Source: Octopus vulgaris (Eukaryota). Taken from it: a stretch of 64,000 nt of DNA. The notes below the pieces were generated by a model. It did no database searches, was not told the DNA's origin, and worked only from the letters and a program-made list of their open reading frames with translations. The position numbers were made by a program, and so were the translations under genes. Each line of letters opens with the position of its first letter. Within the stretch, counting starts at the first letter, position 1. Below, one piece after another: positions 37,097 to 49,074 of the stretch. The stretch spans positions 74,338,001 to 74,402,000 of the forward strand of contig OX597824.1 in the NCBI GenBank assembly GCA_951406725.2, read 5' to 3'.

Positions 37097-37558
37097 TCCT
37101 TTTGTTACTGCATTTATTTTGAGATGCTCTGTGTTTCTTTCAATTACTTTAAATATAACAAAGAATTTAGTAAAATAACTTAGTTATCTGTTTCTTTACT
37201 ACCCACCAGGGGCTAAACACAGAGGGGACAAACAAGGACAGACAAACGGATTAAGTCGATTATATCGACCCCAGTGTGTAACTGGTACTTATTAAATCGA
37301 CCCCGAAAGAATGAAAGGCAAAGTCGACCTCGAGGGAATTTGAACTCAGAACATAACGTCAGACGAAATACGGCTACGCATTTCGCCCGGTTTGCTAACG
37401 TTTCTGCCAGCTCGCCACCTTACGTTTCTGCCAAAGCTAGCGTTAGGAACATAAATTGTAACTAAGGTTTGGTGGAAGATTTTAATTCAAAACTTATGCA
37501 AACAAGACATTTGTACTCAGAGCCAGAGCCGGTTTCAGCCAGGTTGGTAACAAAAGGG
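37097..37558. mobile_element. piggyBac-like MITE with a family A SINE inserted (about 37190-37420, minus strand)
   Basis: TTAA|TCCTTTTGTTAC ... GTAACAAAAGGG|TTAA. Confidence 0.75.
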
Positions 37559-38039
37559 TTAAAAACTAAAAGAAAAGCAGCAGCAGCAGAGGTGAATCAC
37601 TGAACATTAGACATCACAGACAAGTGTGTAACAGTCACATGTTTAACATGAGATAGAAGTTCCATTGCCCCATTTACAGAATGAAATATGCTGAATACAT
37701 GTTGAATGGCTGTTATTTCTTCTTACGTTGAAAATATCACGTTTCTAGGAAGAAAGGAAAAGATGGTGAGATGGAATGATGAGTGGTTGTATATGGTGAT
37801 GGGGTGTAAGTATTGTGGCATCTATGTACGATGAATGAGGTGGGAGTTGACTAAGTAGCACGACAGATCACTTTTATCATTCAACTTACCACCAACACTA
37901 TGAGGAAGGCCCTAAGTGGTTGCTCATTCTACCAGTAGTGTATGTATGTGTATGGAGAGAGAGAGAGGAGAGAGAAAGATTGATTCTCTCTTTCGGCTTG
38001 CTTTGTTTCTTAGTTGGGAAACAAGTCTTTGCTTTAAGA

Positions 38040-38170
38040 CAGTGGTTCTCAACTGGGATCCATATGGCCCCCGAGGGTCCATATAAAATTTTTGGGGGTC
38101 CACACAACAAAATGGTAAATTAGGGATCCACAATAGTATTTTAAGGGCCCCTGAAGAAATTTTGCTTCAG
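38040..38170 (+). mobile_element. hAT-like MITE left end
   Basis: Starts CAGTGGTTCTCAAC; cut by the family B SINE at about 38173; right TIR not found. Confidence 0.45.
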
Positions 38171-38172
38171 AT

Positions 38173-38582
38173 GTAGGTGCAGGAGTGGAGTGGCTGTGTG
38201 GTAAGTAGCTTGCTTACCAACCACATGGTTCCGGGGTTCATTCCCACTGCATGGCACCTTGGGCAAGTGTCTTCTGCTATAGTCTTGGGCTGACCAAAGC
38301 CTTGTAAGTGGATTTGGTAGATGGAAACTGAAAGAAGCTTGTCTTATATATATATGTGTGTTTATGCATGTGTCTTTGTGTTTGTTCTCCCACCACCACT
38401 AGACAACTAGGGTTGGTGTGCTTATGTCCCTGTAACTTGGCAGTTCAGCAATAGAGACCGATAGAATAAGTACCAAGCTTAATGAAAAATAAGTACTGGG
38501 GGCGTGATTCATTTGACTAAAAATTCTACAAGGTGGTGCTCCAGCATGGTCGCAGTCTAATAGACTGACACAAATAGAAAAC
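38173..38582 (+). mobile_element. SINE family B, diverged
   Basis: Full layout. Confidence 0.8.
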
Positions 38583-39069
38583 AAAGAAACACTGTGATAA
38601 ACATTACAAAATGACAGGGTGCTTGCGGATGTTTTTCTATACAATAGATGACAGCTCTATTTGATCAAGGCCAACTTGAAGGTTAATTATAAAGATTAAT
38701 TACAATCATAATATATTAGCTCTACTACTACTACTACCATCACCACCACTACCACCACTACACTGGCACAGAAAACAGAAAAAAAAAAGCAGCCCAAACT
38801 TAGCATTTACGGAAGAACCCTCTGGCTATATTCTATCAGAGCACGTCAAATGTATTATAGTTGTTTAAGATAGTGACAATCATCTTAATGAGAGAAGGAA
38901 TAATTGAGGTCAGTCACAACAGAAGCTCATGAATTCTTCTTTCGTCAGGTAACACACACGTGGTCGTGGTGGGGGTCTGCATCTATCTATCTTTCTATAT
39001 CTATATATGTGTATGTGTGTGCATGTGTGTGTGAACATGCATGTACTGCAGTAAGTTTATATATAAATA

Positions 39070-39106
<37 letters not shown>

Positions 39107-39112
39107 ATGTAT

Positions 39113-39510
39113 ATCATCATCATCATTTAACGTCCGCTTTCCATGCTAGCATGGGTTGGACGATTTTGACTGAGGGCTGGTGAACCAGATGACTGCACCA
39201 GGTTCCAATCTTGGTCTGGCAGAGTTTCTACAGCTGGATGTCCTTCCTAACGCCAACCACTCCAAGAGTGTAGTGGGTGCTTTTACGTGCCACCGGTACG
39301 GGGGCCAGTCAGGCGGTACTGGCAATGACCTCACTTTAATCTTTTTACACTTGCCACCGGTACAGATGCCAGTAAGGCGATGCTGATAATGATCACACTC
39401 GAATGAAGCCTTTTACATGCTGGTGGCACAGAAGTCAGTTAGCTGCTCTGGCAACGATCATGCTCGGATGATGCTCTTAGCACCCTACTAGCACGGGGCT
39501 CAAGTGCTAG
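39113..39510 (-). mobile_element. family C tail with four modules
   Basis: Close relative of 54272-54666. Confidence 0.8.
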
Positions 39511-39639
39511 TAGTAGTATAAATATAAGAAGATATACAGATGTATGTGCATACTGTGTGTATGTGTATATGTATGTACCCCACTGCTTGAAAGCTGATAT
39601 CTGTTTACATCCCCCATCACTTGGCTGTTTGGCAAAATT

Positions 39640-40160
39640 TACCAACAGTGCGATTCACTGTAACTGCATTTGACATAACGCTGTACAAAAGCGTTTGCAT
39701 GTTTCCAGTAATCCCTTATGTCAGTACAAATCCGTTTTATCCTCAAAAATTGGGATTTGGAATTCGACCAAAATAATATGATGTGGATGATTGGAGCGGC
39801 AGTGGAGATAAATGTGGGTAAACGGCAGTGGAGATAAATGTGGGATGACATGGGCTTGCAAAATAACTCTGTCCCTATTCTGCCTCCAGAAAACTTTTGT
39901 GTCCAAAACTTCAACGCTAGTTTTTGAAAAACTAGACATATATTTTATGTTGGACTTAAAGCCATAGTTTTTAATATAACAGTCACAGAAATGCAAGAAG
40001 TCCATTAAACTATCCTGTGATCCTTCCCAGACAAAAAAATACATCATTATTGAACCGTAACCAAAGTATTGGTTCATGACCATGAAGGGATTTGAATGTC
40101 TTCAGTAACTGCGTCTCGAATTTTGCCATGAAGACAGTGAAATTAACTGCCATAATTTCA
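39640..40160 (-). pseudogene. Penelope-like element reverse transcriptase fragment (frameshifted)
   Basis: Across frames: FMAKFETQLL..PILWLRFNNDVF / WEGSQDSLMDFL..IKY..S...VEVLDTKV / TELFCKP..HIYLHC.SNHPHHI / SQFLRIKRICT, which is the PLE RT palm-thumb signature. Confidence 0.8.
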
Positions 40161-40312
40161 AGCAAATTTTTTACTGTATTACCTGTAACACTACCATGTT
40201 GCTGAGGTGTGTGCAGCATTGTGTGTTCTTGTTTTTCCTTTTGTGTTGCGGTGGTAGGGGTTACAAACTCTTCCTGGTAATGTATTGCATCACAAACACT
40301 TTATTCAGAAAA

Positions 40313-40725
40313 TCTGTATATATATAAAAGGCAGGATGTGCGTGGGTGTGTGTGTGTACGTGAATGTAATTTATGTACATCCACAAATTAGCACGCATGT
40401 CGCTTCAATTTTAGGAGGACATTAGTCATGACCCGAGCTGCATTTTTGTCAACTTATTTTTCCCAGAGGCACCAACGAATAGCAGTAAAAATAAATTTTC
40501 AACCAAAACTTTTAACAAATTTCAAGTCAGAGAAATCGCCATTGTTTGCAAGCAGGAGTTAAGTCCCCTTCTAGCGACGAGTAGGTTTTTGTTAAGACTT
40601 TTGTTGTTTTTTTCCATCGAGGAAAAAAGTGTTTTGTTGATATATGGGCAACATACATACACACGAACATGTATGCGTACAGAAAACGTATACAATAGGT
40701 GTATGTACATACGTGTGTGTTGCCC

Positions 40726-40756
<31 letters not shown>

Positions 40757-40876
40757 AATTTCAATGGATTTCGCCCAAATTTGATGTCGATGTTACTTAG
40801 TTTGGTTTGAAATAAAGAACTAGATTAGCTTAATAATCCTAACTTAATCCCGGGCAAAACCAGGTTATACTGCTAG
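40313..40876 (+). mobile_element. non-autonomous Helitron
   Basis: A|TCTGTATATATATAAAAG ... CCCGGGCAAAACCAGG TTATACTG CTAG|T. Confidence 0.75.
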
Positions 40877-40963
40877 TATCCAATAAAATAAACTACCACC
40901 ACAACATGTAATCTACAGGTGGGATATGCAACATAACACAACTCACATTACACTCACAATAAT

Positions 40964-41044
40964 AAGAAGAAGAAGGAGAAGGGAGAAGAAGAAGAAGAAG
41001 AAGAAGAAGAAGAAGAAGAAGAAGAAGAAGAAGAAGAAGAAGAA
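40964..41044. repeat. (GAA)n microsatellite
   Basis: Seen directly. Confidence 0.95.
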
Positions 41045-41045
41045 T

Positions 41046-41254
41046 TCTTTCTATTATAGGCACATGGCCTGAAATTTGGGGGATGGGGATAATTGATTAC
41101 ATTGAGCCCAGCACTCAGCTGGTACTCATTTTATTAACCCTGAAAGGATGAAAAGGCAAATTCGACCTCGGTGGAATTTGAAAGCAGTACATAAAGACGA
41201 AATGCATCTAAGCATTTTGCCCCGCATGCTAATGATTCTGCCAATTTGACACCT
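41046..41254 (-). mobile_element. SINE family A, alternative tail
   Basis: Reverse-complement head and core. Confidence 0.75.
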
Positions 41255-41283
41255 TAATAATAATAATAATAATAATAATAATC

Positions 41284-41663
41284 AACGAAATTAGCAAAAT
41301 GTGGAGCCTGAATACTAAAACAATACCTGTTGACATAGGTGCCCTGGGAATGATAGCAAAAGGGGCTGATTGGTACCTACCTCAGATATCAGGAAACCCC
41401 AAAATAGCAGAAATTCAAAAGATAGTGCTCATGGGAACTGCTCATATCCTACGCAAAATACTTCCTGAGTAATCTCAAGTTTTAAAACAAACATAATTTT
41501 CTTATGGTTTCTTAGACATTCACTAGTACAACACTAAGTACAAAACCAAATATATGGCACCCTAGGCATAACACCAACATGAACTTCCAACTTGTTGTCT
41601 CTTGAGGTCTGTGGGTGAGACTTGGAGCCAGCTTGTACAAATGTAAAGCAAAAGTCAAACATA

Positions 41664-41664
<1 letters not shown>
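41284..41664 (+). pseudogene. R4/Dong-clade non-LTR retrotransposon 3' end (RLE C-terminus plus 3'UTR)
   Basis: 41284-41472 translates NEISKMWSLNTKTIPVDIGALGMIAKG...EIQKIVLMGTAHILRKILPE*; (TAA)n on both sides. Confidence 0.8.
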
Positions 41665-41707
<43 letters not shown>

Positions 41708-42377
41708 TGAAAACAATACTAGTGATAATTGGAGCATTGGGCATGATAAAATGTATGAACAACAACACAACATGTTATCTAAAAAATAGTCCTGCTAGGA
41801 ATGACCTATATCCTATGCAATTCGATAGCAATTCGATGTAACACAACTCACATTACACTCTCAATACACAGTAGAAACACTAATACAGCAAAAGACTGCA
41901 ACCAAACCCTATAATGAAACAAACTGATGTAATACAGTATCAGGAAGAGTTTGTAATCCCACCACCTCAACACAAAAAACAAAACAAAGGGAAAAACAAG
42001 AACATACAATGCTGCACACACCTCAGCAACACGGAAGTGTAGCAGGTAATACAGTAAAAATTTGCATGCATACATATATATATATTTCGGAGTAAGCACA
42101 TAAATGTGAAACAAGGTGGAAAAAAGAGTATTCAAATACCAGAGGCAGAGTAAAGTGTATATATACATATATATCATAATATAATTCTCTCCCTGATAAT
42201 AAACTGCAGTTTCCGCAGGATTACTCGTAGTGCACGTGGGTGATTGGGGGATGGTGTGAGCCCTAACTCGTCTGTATGAATTCAGAAGTACTGGTTTTTT
42301 GGATATTAATTTTGTTCAGTGGCTCTTGGCCGAATAAATATCTTGATTGCTAGTGCTCACAAATTTATAACTGAAAT

Positions 42378-42446
42378 ACTATACTGATGACGGAAATAAG
42401 GTATGAGTTATTTTACATATCTTTAATCTAGAAACGCGTATATAGT
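42378..42446 (+). ncRNA. type I hammerhead ribozyme
   Basis: ACTATA CTGATGA CGGA...TCTA GAAAC GC GTA TATAGT; perfect 6-bp stem I, palindrome ACGCGU, mismatch at the base of stem II. Confidence 0.75.
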
Positions 42447-42636
42447 TAATCAAAACCGGGTGGATTCATTATTTTTTCCTATTTGCCTGTGTGAGTTGAG
42501 AGTGTTGCTATCTGGGAGGTATTTTATGGTAGTAGAATAGTTTTTAACTGCTATTTCTAAATTTCGGTATGTGGTGAAGCAATTTTGCTAAGCTCTAATT
42601 ATAATTACGTTTATAATTATAATAATTTTTGTGTAT

Positions 42637-42674
<38 letters not shown>

Positions 42675-42832
42675 CTTTACTCTAATTTTATTTATCTACT
42701 CTATCTCTAATCAACCTGTAAACCCCTCGCCCGAGCATATAACAATACAAATCATAAACCGTAACATTTAGTCTGCTGAAATGAATTGATAAGGCCATGT
42801 ATAACATCCAAAGGTACGTTATTTTTTTTTTT

Positions 42833-42929
42833 ACCTCTGATGAAATTATACTCATGTCACATAAATGTAAATATAATGTACAAATTTGTAATTAAATTAT
42901 TGAGTACTAATTGAAACAGCTGTAAGAAG
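42833..42929 (+). ncRNA. type I hammerhead ribozyme
   Basis: CT CTGATGA AATTATACTCA...TGAGTACTAATT GAAAC AGCT GTA AG; palindrome ACAGCUGU; stem I is weak. Confidence 0.7.
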
Positions 42930-43166
42930 CAACGATGACGAATTTGTTGTTAATAACAACTTCCTAATCTCCATTTTCTATCCTTCTTTTAAACGGATAT
43001 AAACTATATGCATTATATATACCTATTGTTCTAAGAGAATTTCATTCCCCCCAAATACTAGATATTGAACCTGTATTTCCTTGGAGGCAACCATTCTTTA
43101 ACATACCCTCTAATTATAATATATAAGTGTATGTGTGTATATATTTTATATTTATATTTATATATT

Positions 43167-43199
<33 letters not shown>

Positions 43200-43505
43200 T
43201 TTATCTAGTTTCAGCTCACGAGCTGTGGCCATGCTGTGCATAAATAAATAGGCGTGTATATGCATATGTATGTATATATGCGTGTGTGTGTGTGCATAGG
43301 TATACATGTGTACACATGTCTGTATGTGGCATTAGGAAGGGCATCAAGCCACAGAAACCATACCAGAACTGACACTGGAGTTTGACACAGTCCTGTGGCT
43401 TGTCATATTGTCCTGTCAAACTGTCAAACCCATGACAATGTGGAAAACAGGCGTTAAATAGCGATGATGATATGCATACCATTAAGTCTACTTCATTGGC
43501 CTAAA

Positions 43506-43545
<40 letters not shown>

Positions 43546-43548
<3 letters not shown>

Positions 43549-43940
43549 TTACTCTTTTTACTTGTTTCAGTCATTTGACTGCAGCCATGCTGGAGCACTG
43601 CCTTTAGTCGAGCAAATCGACCCCGGGACTTATTCTTTGTAAGCCCAGTACTTATTCTATCGGTCTCTTTTGCCGAACCGCTAAGTGACGGGGACGTAAA
43701 CACACCAGCATCGGCTGTCAAGCAATGCTAGGGGGACAAACACAGACACACAAACACACACACATATATATATATATACATATATACGACAGGCTTCTTT
43801 CAGTCTCCGTCTACCAAATCCACTCACAAGGCATTGGTCGGCCCGGGGCTATAGCAGAAGACACTTGCCCAAGATGCCGCGCAGTGGGACTGAACCCGGA
43901 ACCATGTGGTTGGTTAGCAAGCTACTTACCACACAGCCAC
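43546..43940 (-). mobile_element. SINE family B
   Basis: Near-identical to 20940-21376. Confidence 0.88.
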
Positions 43941-44042
43941 ACACATTACAGATAAAGGGTGAAATATAATTAATTTAATAAAATCAACAAATTTCACCTC
44001 GTAGTATTTCGGTATGGAAAGGAACCATATTCGGTAAAAGTT

Positions 44043-44337
44043 TATATAATTATAACAATGAGGGTCTTTGCAACAAGTTGCTAGACCACATACCAAAAGT
44101 TTTAGAAATAGCAGCCAGAGGACTGCCATTTCCTTTTACTACAAAAATATGTCTCCGCAGACAACAGTATTTGTAACTGACTTCTTTTTTTGCTATACAT
44201 GAGTTACAAATACTGTTGTCTGTGGAGACATATTTTTGTAGTAAAAGGAAATAGCAGTCCTCTGGTTGCTATTTCTAAAACTTTTGGTATGTGGTCTAGC
44301 AACTTGTTGCAAAGACCCTCATTGTTATAATTATATA
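44043..44337. repeat. near-perfect foldback with 136-bp arms
   Basis: 44043-44178 is the reverse complement of 44202-44337 with only a few mismatches; TATA ends. Confidence 0.92.
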
Positions 44338-44368
44338 TACACACACATATATATATATATATAACAAG

Positions 44369-44473
44369 AAAAGTATGGAGTGCTTCACGAATTTGCATGT
44401 CATCCTTGCGCAGGGGGCCATGCTAATTTCTGTATCATTCCAATCTTAGAATATGTACTGCCAAAGCTAGTAC
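44369..44473 (-). pseudogene. U6: U6 snRNA copy, probably a pseudogene
   Basis: Minus strand GTACTAGCTTTGGCAGTACATATTCTAAGATTGGAATGATACAGAAATTAGCATGGCCCCCTGCGCAAGGATGACATGCAAATTCGTGAAGCACTCCATACTTTT; the ACAGAGA box is damaged. Confidence 0.92.
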
Positions 44474-45389
44474 TTGCTTCACAAATTTGCATTATATAAT
44501 GCCTCCCTCTGATGAGAGCAGGATATATGTATAAATATATACCAAGTATGTACATATGTGTTGATATACTGAATGAATATATCTGTATATAAGCAGGTCA
44601 ACTCTATGTCATTGGCCTTTCATAACCTCTCAACTCTCTAGCTCCCTTATCACTTGTTCTTCTATCACTCATCCCTTGTCATTCCTCTGTTTATCAACGA
44701 TGTCACTATCGCCAGTCTCTATCACTCGTGCCTTTATCTGTCATATTTCTATTGCTCATCTCCCAATCATTCTCCACCCCTTCTCAAACTCACTTTACTA
44801 TGCTGTCAATATGACTAAGCATAGCAGCAGACCTTTTCTGCTCATTGTACATTGTTCCCTCTCACCGACGCTCCATCCCCACTCACTCTCTCATCATTAT
44901 CCCCCTAGCTCTCTCACCTATGTCAAGGCCTCAGCACTAAGAATTTCATCATGTATGCATGTATCCTATACACTCTACTTATAACCTGTCTATGATCATT
45001 TGGAATTGGTATCCAACCTCTTGCTATCTTGCATGCTCTCACCTTGATTTCCTTTATCGGTGACAGTGCCACAAAATATGCATCCTAGTACACCCTATGT
45101 ATTGGTTGGTGTTAGGAAGGACATCCAGTTGTAGAAAACAAATCAAAAACGAAACTTATACATGATGAGAATCAACAGGCTGGTCTGTTCCAGAGGACTT
45201 TTCGGTCAGGGCCTATGAATAATTTCCAGAAATCCTTAGTCTGGCAGTGCTTCAGGATTGGAGGGTGGGGGCATTGCCAGGTATGGAAGTGCTGTCAGCT
45301 GGGCTTGCTCAAGATATGCACAAAGCAACAAAACTGTTCTCCATGCTCTTGTCCAATGCCTGAGCATTGCTGACTTGTGGGTTTATTTT

Positions 45390-46780
45390 GACCATCTGCC
45401 CCTGGGAGCTCTTCTATGCTGATGACCTTGCTCTTATTTCTGTATCACTACCAAAACTAAAGAAGTTCCAGGTATGGAAGCAAGGTCTAGAATCAAAGGG
45501 CCTTAGAGTTAACCTAGCAAAAACCAAAGTCTTAGTAAGTAGGAAGGCAGACAAATCACAAACCCCTTCAGGTAGATGGCCCTGCTCAATCTGTAGAAAA
45601 GGTGTAGGTAGAAACTCCATAAGATGCACCTGATGTAAGCTTTGGAAACATAAAAGGTGCAGCAATATCAGAGGAAGGTTGATAGGGAAACTAGCTTTTG
45701 TATGTGAAAGATGCACAGGTACAATAAATGCTGAAAATGTGCAGGAAATAGACTTCATCAACTGCTAGGGTTGCAAGCTAGAGGTAGTAGATAGATTTTG
45801 TTATCTAGGTGACCAAGTTAGTAGTGGAGGTGGATGCTCTGAGATTGCAGCTTTGAGAATAAAATTAGGCAGGACAAAGTTCAGAGAGCTCCTACCTCTA
45901 CTGCTCATAAAGAGTCTCTCTCTGAGTGAAAGGCAGATTGTATGATGCCTGTGTGCGAACAGCTATGCTACATGGCAGTGAAACATGAGCTGTGACAGCT
46001 GAGGACATACGTAGGCTTGAAAGAAATGAAGCCAGTATGCTTTGCTGGATGTGCAGTGTTAGTGTGCATGTTTGACAGAGTGTAAGGCTCTTGAGGGAAA
46101 AGTTATCAGATGTGGTGTGCAAAAGAGACAACTGCACTGGTATGGTCATGTAATGCATATGGATGAGGACAGCTGTGTAAAGAAGTGCTGATCTCTAACT
46201 GTGGAGAAAACCTATAGCAGAGGTAGACCTAGGAAAACACGGGACAAAGTGTGAAGCACGATCTTTGAACTTTGAGCCTCACAAAGGCAATGACTAGTGA
46301 CCAAGACCTCTGGCGATATGCTGTGCTTGAGAAGACCTGTGAAGCCAAGTGAAATCGTAGTCATAGCTATTGCTAGTGTCACATAACTGGCACCAGTGTT
46401 GGTGGTACATAAAGAGCACCTTTCGAGTGTTTGGCCTCCAGGAGGCAAAGGGGTTGAGTTCCTTTTGAACGTTAGGCCTCATGGAGATAAATTGGCTGAA
46501 TTTCTTTTGAGTGTTGGGCTTCGCAGAGGCACTGACCGAGACCTTTGGTATTATGTCGGGCTTGAGAAGAAGACCCATCAAAATTGTAGTAGTGGCAGAT
46601 ACTGGTGGCACGTAAAAGCACCCATCACACACTAAGAGTGGTTCGCGTTAGGAAGGGCATCCAGCCGTAGAAAACCGTGCCAAATGAGACTGGTGTCTGG
46701 TGCAGCCTTCCAGCTTGCCAGCCTTGGTCAAACCGTCCAACCCATGCCAGCTTGGACAACGAACGTTAAATGATGATGAT
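45390..46780 (+). pseudogene. RTE-clade LINE, 5'-truncated RT C-terminal half with 3'UTR
   Basis: PWELFYADDLALI...GLRVNLAKTKVL...LEVVDRFCYLGD...LYDACVRTAMLHGSET*...GRPRKT; several stops and frameshifts; ends in the family C tail and (GAT)n. Confidence 0.9.
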
Positions 46781-47421
46781 ATTGATGATACAAATTTAAG
46801 CAGTTAATTTTTAATATACATATTATACACACACGACCAGTGTACAAATTTATTTGAACACTTTCGACAACTATTCGACGAAAATACACGCTTCTCAATG
46901 CAACCCACACACTAACATTTATACATTTGTAAAGATCGTACATTTAGAGAGACAGAAAGGCAGACAAAAATATCACAGAAAGGCTATTACGTATGAGAAT
47001 GAGTATAAAAAGAGAAAGTAGAAGAAAGAACAAGTGGAAATTGCAAGCTGTTTGCACATAACAACGTACACAAAGAGTGTAAACAAGCATTAACTACAAG
47101 TTCGATTAATATTTTAGTTTTCAACTGTGTAATAAACAGACTATATGAAACATTTTTCGACACACATACACACACATATATAATCTTGACACACTTATTA
47201 TACACAGAATATCGTAGGGTGGTGGATCTACCCAAGTCTCTCGATATCGATTTTTGGACCATTATTTACGTGATGATTGATAGTAAGCTATTGAAATAAA
47301 ACACTAGATTCGGACATATATGTGGGTGTGTGTGTGTGTGTATTTGTGTATGTACATATACATAAACTCTACATATATTTCTGTCGTTGTGTACAACCAA
47401 GCCAAAACGGGTACGTGTGCG

Positions 47422-47456
<35 letters not shown>

Positions 47457-47920
47457 TAGATAGATAGATAGATATTCGGTAAAAGGCATAATTTTTGTCT
47501 TAAATATTGAAGTAAAAAAGTTTTTCTTAACAAAAACTTTTACTTTATATATTTCTCCTCGTGGTTCAAAAAAATAAGTAAATAAAAAGTTACAGGACGG
47601 GTGCATGATAGGAAACTCCGTCTGTGCGTGTATATATGGATATATGTATATGTGTTGCTATTATTGCTAAACTGTCGTGTGTCCAAATTTGACCAAATAT
47701 CATTTTTTGAATATTTATTTTTGCCTGCAATAACCGGTTCTTTTGGTCAAACTATCGTATCTCCACCTGTTTCAGATGATAAGATATCAAAAGTTGTCAA
47801 TGTGTAGTAGAACGGTTTTGCTAATGAAATGGTGAAACTACTTTTTCGTTTTCTGAAAAAGCAACTTTTTGAATGTGTGACATTTTTGCGTAATAGCAAT
47901 GTGTGTGTTTGTGTATACAT

Positions 47921-48028
47921 GCATACATAAATAATATATATATATACATAAATAATATATATATACATAAATAATATATATATACATAAATAATATATAT
48001 ATATACATAAATAATATATATATATATA

Positions 48029-48067
<39 letters not shown>
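47921..48067. repeat. AT-rich minisatellite grading into (TA)n
   Basis: Repeated ACATAAATAAT(AT)n units. Confidence 0.9.
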
Positions 48068-48068
<1 letters not shown>

Positions 48069-48159
48069 TATCCCTAATAGTAATTTGTAGTTTAACTACT
48101 CCTTCTAGCGAGTCAGATGTCCTGTTATGGCCATCTCTTAGGTGCTTAAATGTACACTG

Positions 48160-48237
<78 letters not shown>

Positions 48238-48347
48238 TATATTGTATACATACCTAAGTACACAAACAACACGCTGCTATCAAAGATCTGTAATTTCCAA
48301 AAATCTTATTCGATCGAATGAATTCCGTAATAATTAATAACAACAGA

Positions 48348-48378
<31 letters not shown>

Positions 48379-49036
48379 GTTATCTGTGTGCTTATGTAGT
48401 ATAATGTGATCGAATAATTTGGTTGTTAACTTGGATGTAAAACTTCTAGTTACTCGCTTGACAATATTTCAACAAACGTCACAGATAAAATGTGGGACTA
48501 GCTTCCGGAAGAGATAGAGAGAGTGTGTGACAACTTAAAAAAAAAAAAAACAGGTGTGTGTCTATAATTGGTGTATATATTTATGAGTGTGTCCACGCGC
48601 ACGCACACATGAAGACATACCGGTTTTCTATTGGAATACATACATATAGTTATTTTTATATATATATATATATATATATTAAATTAAATTAGAGATAAAA
48701 CCACTATTAGGCAAATCAAACAGCGAAAAACATAAACCAAAACATAGAAATAAAATTAATTAATATAATATAATATACAAAATATATAAATATAAATTTC
48801 AAAAATCATCTAAATTTAAAGTTAAAAATTTAAAATTATTAATTTATATTTGAGTGGCTGTGTGGTAAGTAGCTTGCTTACCAACCACATGGTTCCGGGT
48901 TTAGTCCCACTGCGTGGCACCTTATATATATATATATATAACGGGAAGGTTTACAAAAATAAACAAAAGTCGAAGGCAGGTGGAGTACAAACAAACAATG
49001 TATTAGTATGGCGCTCAGGAATAGAAATAGAACAGG

Positions 49037-49074
49037 TCTTTTACGTTTCGAGCCTATGCTCTTTGACAGAAAGA
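49037..49074 (-). ncRNA. minimal hammerhead-like motif with altered core
   Basis: TCTTT CTGTCAAA GAGC atag GCTC GAAAC GTA AAAGA; stems I and II are perfect but the CUGANGA box is non-canonical. Confidence 0.5.
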
